In this document: piece by piece, positions 14,901-26,900 of the stretch | How the letters are laid out: every line of letters starts with the position of its first letter | How positions within the stretch are numbered: the stretch's first letter is position 1 | Origin: Thalia democratica | Lineage: Eukaryota | NCBI GenBank assembly: GCA_965202585.1 | Contig: OZ241829.1 | Location: forward strand, 6,634,001 to 6,698,000 | Reading direction: 5' to 3' | Length of the DNA: 64,000 bases | Notes under the pieces: model-generated | Seen by the model: only the letters and a program-made list of their open reading frames with translations | What the model was told of the DNA's origin: nothing | Databases searched by the model: none | Made by a program: the position numbers and the translations under genes

Positions 14901-17900
14901 CAGTTCTACTAAAAAAAACAGATAGTATTGGTTATTATGGTTAAGTTTCATAGGGTTTTGTTACAAAAATTTGAACTTTGCACATTTCTAAATAAAACTA
15001 TTTAGGTTTTCTTAAACATACCTGTGTTAACTTCATCAACGAAATACCAGGGACCTTCAATTTTTCCATCGAACTCTTTAAGTAAAACTCTGTAACTTTC
15101 TCCTTTTCTCAAATTAGTCCAGTAATAATCAAAAATGTTGTCTCCATCGACAGTGAATTGTTTTATTTGCTCGTTTCTATCTTCATCGACAAGTTTCAAG
15201 TAAAACAGATTGTTTTTGTTGTTCTCGGTGAGTTTTATTGATAGCTTTAGGTTATTTTCGTCGTAAATTGTTGCTAATGATTCTGGCTTGTTAAGGTTGT
15301 CTGCAGGTGAAAAATAATTGTAAAAGTGCAACTTTTTACATAATTCATTTTGGTTTGAACTTAAGCATAAGAATGTTAGAAAAAGTTATCGTAAATTTTC
15401 AGTATAGGTAGGTGCAAAGTAAATGTATGTTTAAATTAGTCATACATTCACGTAAAACCTTTTATCGTTTAACTTCTGTATAAAACTACAACCGACCTAG
15501 ATCAGCCCTGATGATGAGAGGCTCCTTGCTTTCAACTTCGTTTATATAGTAGCTGACGGCGAAACCCATCTTTTTGTTTGCGTACGGCACAAGTTGTGAC
15601 TCGTTGTAGTATTTGTCCAACACCAACCCTTCCAAAACCTTCCACTCGATCGTACTGACTGGTTCTCCGTTGCCGTCGAGTTCGTACAAGGAAAATCTGC
15701 GATGAAAAAGTTTAGGGCATGGTAATCTTTCAGAAATTTAATTTATGTAAAGTTTGTGAAATCGTGCATGCTAAATAGATTTAAGCTTTCGTTGTACTAC
15801 AGCTCTTTCTATAAAGTTTTATGTTTAATAATAAGTCCGTTGGGTAAAAACATGTGTAACTAATAAATAATACACTAGAATTTAGAATAAAATTACTAGT
15901 TTGCGACTTTTGTACAAAAAGTAATGCACCAAAACTACTAACCTAGTCTGATCAATGGTTTCTTTAATGTTTGGATCAATTAGAACAATATGAGCTGTCA
16001 CATTTGATGTGGTCACTTCTCCAATCGGGGTTGGAACAAAATCTGTTGTTAATTAGCTTTGTTATCTAATGCTAAGTAATCAAGATAAGAAATACATTTA
16101 CTTAAAAGTTCAACCAGAAAAAACTCTACCAATTATATTATTAGTAACTTTGAATCAACTAAGATAGAACAAAATGTTTATAAACACGTTTAATGAAAAA
16201 TAGTACTAATTAAAATTGATAAAAATATTTCTTACCCATGTGGGAAATGTATGCTATGCGATCGAAATGGTAATAAAGGAATGGTTAAAATCACTGATAA
16301 TTTGAAATTAAAAATCGGAAAATTAATTAAATTAAAAAAGAAATTAAATTGTAAAAATTTTGGGATCTATGCGGCAGAATGCATGGAATGTAATGAATAT
16401 TATGTTGGACAGACGATAACATCCTTTTCGCAAAGGTGGTGCTCGCATAGATATAATTGAAAAAGCATGAATAAGAACGAGGTTAACGATCGAGCTGCAC
16501 TTAAACTTCATTATAACAAAAATCATCCAACAAAAACTAAAGAACTTGAAAATGCTTTCACAATAACTTTTTTGGACAGCTCAGAAGATCAAACAGAACT
16601 AGATTTTTAGAAAGCAAATGGACAAATAAACTACAAGCTATAACTAATATAAACAAAACAATACTACCTTTTTACAGATAAACAATCAAACTAAAAAAAC
16701 TTTTAATTTTTTAGTGTACTTAAACTTATTTTTGTATATTAAAACTTTATGCCTTAATCTTTCCAAAATAATTTGAGTTCTCCTTTTTTATTTAAACCTT
16801 ACTTTTAAAACTTCAATTAGTACGTAAAAAAGTTACTTTATCTCAAGAAAACTAATACAAGTGGTATAAAATGTTATTATTTTTTACCTAAAATTAAAGA
16901 TGAGTGTTACGTCACTATATTGTTTGTTTTCACTTTTTTATGCTAAACTAAAAATTCTCTGTTCATAATTCTTATATCTGCTTGAAAATGATTTTTTGAA
17001 ACAAGTCGTAGATTTTTTAAGCAAAAATATTGCAGATTTCTTTTGTAATTTTAGAAGTATAACTTCCTAAATAATTAACTACGATCAAGAAAAAGAGAAA
17101 TCTAATAAAGAAAAGTATACTGTGCTGGAAAGATTTAAGGTAATTTTAAATTAATTTGTACTCCAATTCTAATTGATAATGAAAACAGTTATTTGATACT
17201 AGATGTAATCATGTATGTTAAAGAAAATAAGTAAATAAAAGTAAAAAATAAGTATAATAACCTGTCATGATGCTATCAATCTTTTCCGAATAAAAATGTC
17301 CGTTCTCTTCCGTTTCCATTATTACGTCATAAACGGTTTCCGGCATCAAGTTGATGAAATCGTGAGTGATGAAGTCAAAGCCGTCTATGTCAATCGTGAC
17401 GTCGTCTTGATCGGTCAGTGACGTCATGACCAACCGAAGCTTCACTTTGTCTACGTCGTCATGGAGATCGAAGTAAACGGAAACTGACGTCATACCGGAA
17501 GTGACGTTGCCGTTTCCGAACATAAAATTACCTGTAAAAATTTTCGTACTTTTAACATAATATATCTGTTTAAAAATTGTTTTTTGTAATCATTTAAAAA
17601 TATAAAAATACTCATACTATTATTTATTCAGCTGCTATTGTTTGTTAATTAGTATTAATATGAGTAAAACCATATCTTTTAAAATTAAGAGACATTACTA
17701 GTTAGTTAAGTATTTTTACAAACCTGTATCGACTTGATCAATAAAGTACCAGGGGCTCTCTATAAGACCGTCGACTTCTTTGATAGCAACTGTGAAAGAC
17801 TCCCCTTTCCTCAGGTCTTGCCAGTAATAATCAAAAGTATCGTCTCCTGCAACGGTGAACTGTTTGATTTGCTCGTTTCCTTTGCTATCGACGAGTTTTA

Positions 17901-20900
17901 GGTAGAACTTGTTGTTTTTGTTGTCGTCGTCAACTTTCATGGAAAATTTGAGGTCGTCTCCGTTGTAAATTGTCGCGTTGTTGTCAGGTTTATCAATGTT
18001 TTCTGTTATAACAAACAGTTTAGAACATACAAACTTACAGTCATTTAAGAAAATAGCTTTGGTTGTATATACAAAACATTAAAATTATCGAAAACAAAAC
18101 TTCGTTTAAATTTGCTTTTAAGCTTTTGTTTTCTTTTAAAAAAGTACCTAAAGTATCTCGAGTTAAAAATAATTAGGACTTCTACCGAAAATGGTTACCA
18201 AATGCTGCAAAAGACTAAAAATTTAATTTGATTATGACGGTAAAATCATATTTATGCAAAAATAGGCACTAAGTTTTATATAAATCGTTCCAACTGTAAC
18301 TACAACTCACCCACGTAATTTATTTATCATATTTGTATTGTTAATCTTCATTCAGATTTATAAAAAATGTACATAAAAATATCATAGTTTATTTTTACAT
18401 AGGTAAATAATACTGTTACTCACCCAGGTAAGTGTCCATGACCAGTGGCAGCCTGCTTCCAACGCCCATTATGACGTAACTGACCTCGAACCTTAACTCT
18501 TCGTCCTTGTGGCCGAACAACAGCGATTCGTCGAAAAACTTATCCAGTACGAGTCCATCTAACAGTTCCACGCTGACTGTTTCGGTTGTGTTGAAGATGC
18601 TCGAGTCTGTCAAGGTGTGCACTGAAAACCTGGAAAAATTGATTCTTTAAAAATTTCTTCATAATATCGGATTTTAAGTTCATAACATCATTGAAAATAT
18701 TAAGCAATGAAAACCTGGGAAAGTTTTTGTTGAAAAAGTGGTTGATAAGATCGAAGGCAGGTTTTTAAATTCATAAGAAAGTTGAAAAAGTTAAGTAAGG
18801 TATTGTCATCAAGTTTGTTATTTATAATAAAGTAAAAACTTATTACACAAAAACTTTGACTTAATTCACGTCAAGTAAGTTAAGTTTTGTTGTTAAATTA
18901 GATTGCGAGAAATGCTTTAAAAAATGCCCTATTCAAGAAAACCGTGTTGATTATTTTACATTTAGTTCATCAAGCAAAAGTAACCTAGTCTGATCAATAG
19001 TTTCTTGAATGTTTGGATCAACTAGGACAATATGAGCTGTCACATTTGAAGTAGTTACTTCTCCAACTGGAGTTGGTGGGTAATCTGTACGAATTAAGTG
19101 AGTAATGTAACTTTTGTAGAAAAATAGTCAGAATTTTTCAAGAAAAAAAAGTTTCCAATGTTGCGTTTAATTATTTTCATAGCTATTTTTATCAGATTTC
19201 AAAAGTTGCATGCTGCTAAATGTATTAACAAAATTTATACTAAATTCCAATACAAGATGATTTACAACTAAATATGACGTCACAAAGAAACCTAACCTGT
19301 CCTCACTGTGGCTACGTGGTCCTCGTAGAAGTATCCCCTCTCAACCGCTTCAACTGTGACGTCATAATCCTTTCCTGGTACTAATCCCGTAAACACGTGA
19401 GTGATGTCATTGTTGGTGGTCACCAGACCGTAAACATCGTCTGTTGTGACGTCACTCAATTTAATTGTGACGTTGCTGTTGAACTCTTTGTTGTTTGTGA
19501 AGTCGACCGTGACGGTGGTGATTGAGGAAGTGACGTCAGCATCGCCCCATTTCAATTGTTCTGTTTAGCAATTAGCTATTTCAGAAAATATAAGCATTTC
19601 TTTAAAATTTACTACCATATCTTAGTTTAAGTAACGTTTTAACAAACGTCAAAAATACTACAGAAATAAAACTTTTTGTAAACTTCTTGCAACGATGTCT
19701 CCTTTCCTATACAAACTACTTTTTAAGAAAACACGAAATCACTAACTTACATCTTAACTAGTTTAAATATGATAAAATAAAACCATAGCACAAACCAGTA
19801 GTAAAAAGTCCAACAACATTCCACTCTGAGTTGATGTTACCATCTCTTCTTTTCACGCTTATTTCGTACCTATAATTACATACTTTGTAAACTTTATAAC
19901 TTATCATTTATTTTTATTATCCATAGTTAAATATTGTGTAAATTTAATTGTTTATATACTATAACTTCTTCTCACACTTATTTCGTATCTGAATTTACAT
20001 ATTTTGTAAGCTTTATTACTTATTACGTATACACTGATTTCATACCTGCTTCCCTTCTTGAAGTTGTACCAGTAGAAGGTTCTCCTGCCAACACTGCTAA
20101 ACGTGTAGTTGCGAAGATGGACCTGAAGCAGTATAAAACTTTTATTAAACTAACTTAAATTTTGTATGAGTGGAATAATGACTTGTGTAAACGATGAGTT
20201 GTTTTACTGTTTGAAAAATTTAAACAATATTTGACAAAAGTAACAAGTGCTGTTTCTTAAGTTGTAACGATGCTTTTAAAAAGAAATTTAGCAAGTTTTA
20301 TGTAATAGATAATTTTATGTAATTTTTATCAGTTGTGAAAATGTTTTTAACAAGACCATAAATTAAATTTATTTTCAAGAAGAAGGTATGAACAACTGCT
20401 TTAAAGTACGCAATTTCTTACTTTGAACACAATAAAAGGCAATAAAAAACGAGCAACTTGTAACTAACTTTTCCTTCTTCGTCGACAATCTTCACGAAGT
20501 AAACATTTTTCGGATCTGTAACTTGAATGTTGAATTTGAAGCTGGAAGGTCTCACCAGCTCCACATTGCACTCAGGTGGTGAAATATTTTCTGATTCATG
20601 ATAAATTATAAAAAGTTGAACAGCGGTATTATAAATTTTATTAAATATTTGCTGTATACTGCACTCGAGTGGATAGAAATTTTGATGAAAAGATATACAG
20701 CGTTAACAATTTTGAAAAAAGGTTTTATGTTTGTGAAGTATATAGATAGTAGAAACAGAGTTGAAAAGAAAACTTTTGTGTTTATTAATTACAACTTAAT
20801 CGCTGATTGAACCAAGTTTTAAAACTATTGTTTCAAGTATAGTTTTATATTAAAACCATAGTGTTTTATATTTATTACGCAAAATGAATTTTTTTGATTA

Positions 20901-23900
20901 AAAACATCAGAGTAAAATCACTTAAACACAAAACTAGATCTAAAACAACATCTTTAATAAAAAAATTAAAAAATCTCACCCAGCGTTTCGACGATTCTCA
21001 ATGATGGGGAACTTTCCCTGCCGTTGATGACGTAAGCGACCTCGAATCCGATCTTCTCGTTTGTGTAGTTTCTCAGTATGACGTCATAGAGCATTGAAGG
21101 AGCCATGCCGTCAGCTATTCTGTCGTCTATGAGAGTTGGGGGTGATGATTTCATCGAGTACAAGCGGAACCTGTTGTGATGTAAACAAGGTAATTGTTTG
21201 ATGAAATTGGTTGTATATATAATTAAGATGGTAAATTTTTTGAAAAATAATATAGATGATAGAATGAATGTTTAATTAAACAAGTTTTTACTATGACAGC
21301 AAATAAAAATTCTGGTTGATGATTTTTTGATTCTATACAGCAGTTCAAACAGAAAACTGGCCTGATTACATTAATAAAGATGTGTAAAAAAAACATTCAC
21401 TTTAATACTTCTAGAACCTTGCTTATACGTTCCAAGTGTGTAAAACTTTTATACAATAAAAACAAACCTAGTCAGGTCAATCTCAACATCAATTTCTTGC
21501 TGATCCAACAAAAATACTTCAGCCGATGAAGCAGAAGTAACAACTCTTCCTTTGGGAGTTGGTGGGAATTCTAGTGGAAAGAAATATTAAAAAAATAAAA
21601 ATTAATAAACCGCCTCGTCTTAGTTTATGCTTGAAAGTTTTAATTTTAATTGTGAATCTTTTCGATATTTTAAAAATAAAAGAAATAAAAAATTCAAACA
21701 AACTTGTTCTGACTTGAGCCACTGTTTCTCTGTACTTCCTGCCTTCGTATACACTCTCAACAACAACCTCGTACTTGGTTCCAGGTCTCAATCCGTCGAA
21801 CCTGACGTCAGCTTCCAACAGCTTGCCTGGTGTTTCTCCTGAAAACCTGAACTTTTTCATGCCGACTGCGACTCCGTTCTGCTCGATTATGACGTCATAG
21901 TCGAATCCCGACAACAGGTTGTAGTCGACTTTTACTGACGTCATGTTGGAACTGACGGTTCCGGTTCCAAAGTTAAAGGCATCTGAAAATTTTAAAGTTT
22001 AGTTTTCAAATAATTTAGTTGTAATACAGTTTTATAATATTTGCTCAACTGAAAAATTAGATATTTTTGTCAGTTCGTATAAAAGTTTAGTTGATCATCA
22101 TACGATTAGTAATGTTGTATGTTATCAAAAGCTAACTAACCTGTGTTTACGTTCTGTTGGCTGAGTCTGCCGTGTTTTTTACCAACTTTTGTGTAAATTG
22201 TCAAGTTGTACTCTCCGCCAAACGCAAATCCTTCTGGGTATTCGGGTGAGGGTTTTAGTGCGTACGATTGTACCTGTAACATTATTTTTGAATTAGATTA
22301 CACTCTTGGTTGTCTAGTTAAATAAAAATGAGATTAGGTTTATTAATCTTATCTTATGAGTAAAACATTGTGAACATAATCCATGAGAAATGTACTTTAA
22401 TGCAGACTTTAGATAATAAAAATAACATTAATGATTTTAACTTGAAGTATCTAAACTTATCTACAAATCACCAACCATGGGGCCGGTTACGTCATCGCTG
22501 ACTTGCTCGCTGAACACGACGTCTCCGTTCGTGATGTCATACGCGTGTATGACGTAATAATCTACGTCACCCTCGTCAGCCACCCACGACACGCTTATCT
22601 TGTTGTCACGTGACGTCGCCTCAAAGCTGCTGATGTCGGGTGGGCCTGTGCGGTTGACGTATTTAAAATGTGTGATTGATATACATATATATGTATATAT
22701 TTAGAATTCATTTTTTGTTAAGCTTTATATTTAACTTTATAGCAATCAGTAGTATTAGTTATAAGTTTTATTTGGATTTTCTACCCGAGGTACATGAGTT
22801 AATATCGTTCAGAGTTTCTAAAAATTTCTTTAAATTACCATGATAAAATTGAAACGATTAAAACGTTGGTAGCTTTTCGCATGATTAATTACTAAAACCT
22901 GTTTAAAGAAAATTAAATTTAAAACAAACTTATAACAATGATGACAAGAGGGATTCGTCGTTTTTTTAATACAATTAATTAAAAAAAAAATTATTGACAA
23001 ACTTGTAACAATGTCAACGGGCGGCATTTTGTCGTAAATTTTGCTTCCGACTCTGAGTTGCCAGTAAACTTTGTACCTGCCGCCTCTGTACAAACTTGTG
23101 AATGTAACCTGTAAAGATTACAAGTATAATCGAGTTGTCCTATATTATGTTTATAATATACAAATTGAAATTAAACAGTGTTTTTTTTTTGACTATAAAT
23201 CGTAAATTTACTTTAAAACAATTTGTAGTAGGGAATAATAATAAACTAAACACATCGACGCATAAAGTTTTTAAGAAAGTTGAAACCCAACTTGAACAAT
23301 TTTTCTAAAACTTGAATTTTAATCTCAAAAGCAGATTAAAAGATTCGTCAACTCACCATGTCGTTACCCTTGTTGAGGTCGAGGTTCTTCTGCACCACTC
23401 CTCCCATACCGTCTTCGATCTCGAACGTTATGACTCCCTTGGGAAGTTTGTCGAACACCTCAGGTCTCAGCCGGATGCTGACCACTCCGTACTTCTCAGT
23501 TATCAACAGGTACTCAGACCAAAAGTCACCCCAGTTCGTCGTGTCAGCTGAAATTTGATTTAGTTAAAGTTAACATATTCTTTTATTGTAGTTAATAATT
23601 TTTTTTGTATAAATGTTTATATGTTGTATTACTTAAAACTTTTGTATACTTAGTTTTTTAATAATATTTTTTAGTTATTTTGCACAGTTTATTGTTGATA
23701 ATGACTTATGAAAAGTCGAAACGTCGTCTGCGAATAAATTTTAAACTTAGAATGTGTTTCTCATTGAATTGGTTATAAGTTAAAGATGTTTCATTTGATT
23801 AAAATGCATGTTCAAATCTTTATGTTTAGAGTGCAGAAAAGTTTAGTAAAAACTATGTTTTCACAGTCTGCAATGTTCTAAAAAGTTCTATTTATTGAAA

Positions 23901-26900
23901 AAAACAATTTCCTGATTTTGTAATTATTACATATTTCATGCAGTTTTTGATTCATAGCTCTGTAAACAAAAAACTACTCACTCGTGTTGTATATGAACTC
24001 TGTAGGTGTGCTGTGCAATTTTTCCTCAGTGACAGTCACCAGGTTGACAACGTATATTTTGTTCAGTTGCACTTCTTTTTGTGTGAAGTTGATAGAGTTG
24101 AGGTTGTTGTCGTTCGGTATCTGAAAATTTGTTAAATGTTTATACTTTTCAACGTCGACAGTAAAAACAATGGTAAAAAAAATCTAAAATTTTATCCATT
24201 GATTTACAAAACTATTAATAAAAACTGTTACTACATTTTGCAACTAATAAAGTTGCAAGCAAAAAAAGCTTTAAGAAAGTAAGATCACCAAAGTATTTTA
24301 AAATACGACAGGTAAAGTTCAGTTTAATTATAAACAATTAAGACTTATTCGTAAAATAAAACAAAAAACTATTAAATACCTGGAAATTGTCGATCAAGAC
24401 GTCATTTTCGTCGTCTCTCTCAAATATTTTCACCAGAACTTTCTTGAAAATTCCACGCGGTTTCTCAAACGACCAATTTCTCCTATCCCCGTCTTCAACA
24501 CGGGGGTTCTCCCTCTCCACGGGGGCTGGGGGAAGCTGCAGTTTGGTTGCCATGGCAACGTTGGGGGTTCTTCTGTCGGTGAACAATGTGAAGCGTGAAG
24601 TTTCAACTTGGTATATTTCACCAGGGGTGAGGGAATGAAACCTGCAATAATTAGAGATATTAAAAAATTTAGACTGCAAAACATTTACAAAATGGTAATA
24701 AAACTGAACAATGATATTAAAATTTTTCTTGTTTTTCGTAACTAGGTAGATTAACAATAAACATTACGGTGTCTAGCTTGTTACAAACACGCAATTAGTT
24801 GTAGTTTTAAAATATTGCTTTTATACATTACACTTCATTTGTTTTATTCAAAAGATGGTCACTACAATGTTTACTAATACAGTAATAACAAAGAGTCGAA
24901 ATCAGAAAATTATGACTTGAAACGTAAAGAAAAACTTGGTAACATACGTAGAACTTACTTGACAGTGTCGTCTATTGTTCCAACACTCTTCTCGTAATTA
25001 CCGAACTCTTCCTTGGTGCTCTTCAACTGGACCACGTAACTGTAATCGAACAGGTTGTTCATCTTTTCCTCGAGATCTTCGTCTTCCACTTCAAGATCCA
25101 TGATTAATGAGTCGGAAGTAACGTTCTCCCATGAAGCCATCACGTCTTGCAGTGGAGCTGGTTGAAGTTGTTTACTTGCAATCACACAAAAGTTAATTTA
25201 AAACTAACACTTTTTATCAATTTTAATATATTTCGGTTAGTCTACAAAATGCTTGTAAAAAAATATCTCATAAGTTTAAAGGAAAGTTTAACTTCTAAAT
25301 GCTAAATTTTTAATTTAGCTACTTATATTTGTCTTTGACAAAAAACTTGAATGCTTAAACATTTTTTACTTGAAACTTTTTTTTCCAGATATACAAACCA
25401 ATAAAACATTGTTACCGACCAGTTTTCCTGATAACTTCTCTCACCACCCCTATTCTTCCCTGCTCGTACTCGCCGACAGTGTGCGCCTTTATGACGTAAC
25501 TGGTGTCAGGTAATAAATTTGTGACGTCATAAACGTAACTCCTCTTGCGGTCCGACGTCCTCACGATTTCATCGCTTCCGATTATGACGCCATTCACCGA
25601 CCACGTGATCTGTATCTTGCTAAAGTGTTTGGTCGCCAGGGGGCGCATTCTGACGCGCAGTGACGTCATGGTGGTTCCGCTCGGGCGCGCCGGCAAGAAG
25701 TTGATGTCGGGAGGTTCTTTAGTGACGTCATTAGTTTTAAGGATGTGTGATATGTTTATAATAAGTTTAAAAAGTTTAAAAACACAAGACTTTCAAACAG
25801 ATGTAATAAAAAGTTTTTTTCTAACACTATATACAAATTTCAAACGGTATATTTGTGCATAAACAAATGATGTACTATTTCAAACGCCTTTTAGTATAAT
25901 CAAAAATACTCATACTTTAACACATACAATAAATTAGATAAAATATGGTGTTTCTATAAATCCAATTAAATGTAATTCATATAAATAAAAGTTTTATCTG
26001 ACAACCTGGGAAAAAAGTGTGGGTTAGTATCTTTTTTGATTCGAATCCGTTTACGCTCCGCTTAACGTAGACTTCGTAAATATCACCCTGTGAATGTTTT
26101 TTTTTAAATACGTAAATTCTCTTCGTTTATTTTGTACCTGTGTTACTATCTACTAGCTACATAGAAAGTTTTCTAAAAAACTCAACAAACCTTGGGATAA
26201 TCTTCCCATGCAAATTCGTATTTTCCACCTTCCAAAAGCCATCCGGGTATTTTAAAAGATTTCTCAGCCTCATCAGTTCTTTATGAAATATATAAAACAT
26301 TTAACTACTTTTTAAAAGAAAACTAGAAAATTGACAGATTAATAAAACTATCTCTGTATTATACATTTTTTGAAAACAATTTTTTCAAAAAACCTGTCAG
26401 TAACTAGTATGACGTGGTAGTCGTCACGGCGACGCTTCTTGTCAGGAACCAGGAAAGAAACCCTCAATTGGCTGTCCTTGAAGCTTGTTACCTTGGCAAC
26501 TGGAGGTTCTAGGGTATCTGTTTGACATTGTAGTTGTTGTTGAAGCTTGCATTTAACATATTTTTTTACAAAGGTTTTATTTTAGTTGCTGCGCTTTAAA
26601 AAAATGTTTTTATACTTTTTAACAAAATATAAAACATTTTGACGATTTGATATTTACTTGCTAAAAAATTACTTGTTTGAAGTGATTGAGAAAAAGATAC
26701 AGTTCAATAAACTGTTTTCTAAAAAAGAACAGATAACCTCTAACTACATTTAAAAAAATAATATAATAGATAAACCAAATCCATTTGAAGTAAATTAGAA
26801 AGTTTTAATGAAACAAAGTTTTAGGCACACATACAAGTTTAAATAAAAAAATAAAAAATAATAATATAGTAGATAGACCAAATCAATGTGAATTAGAAAG

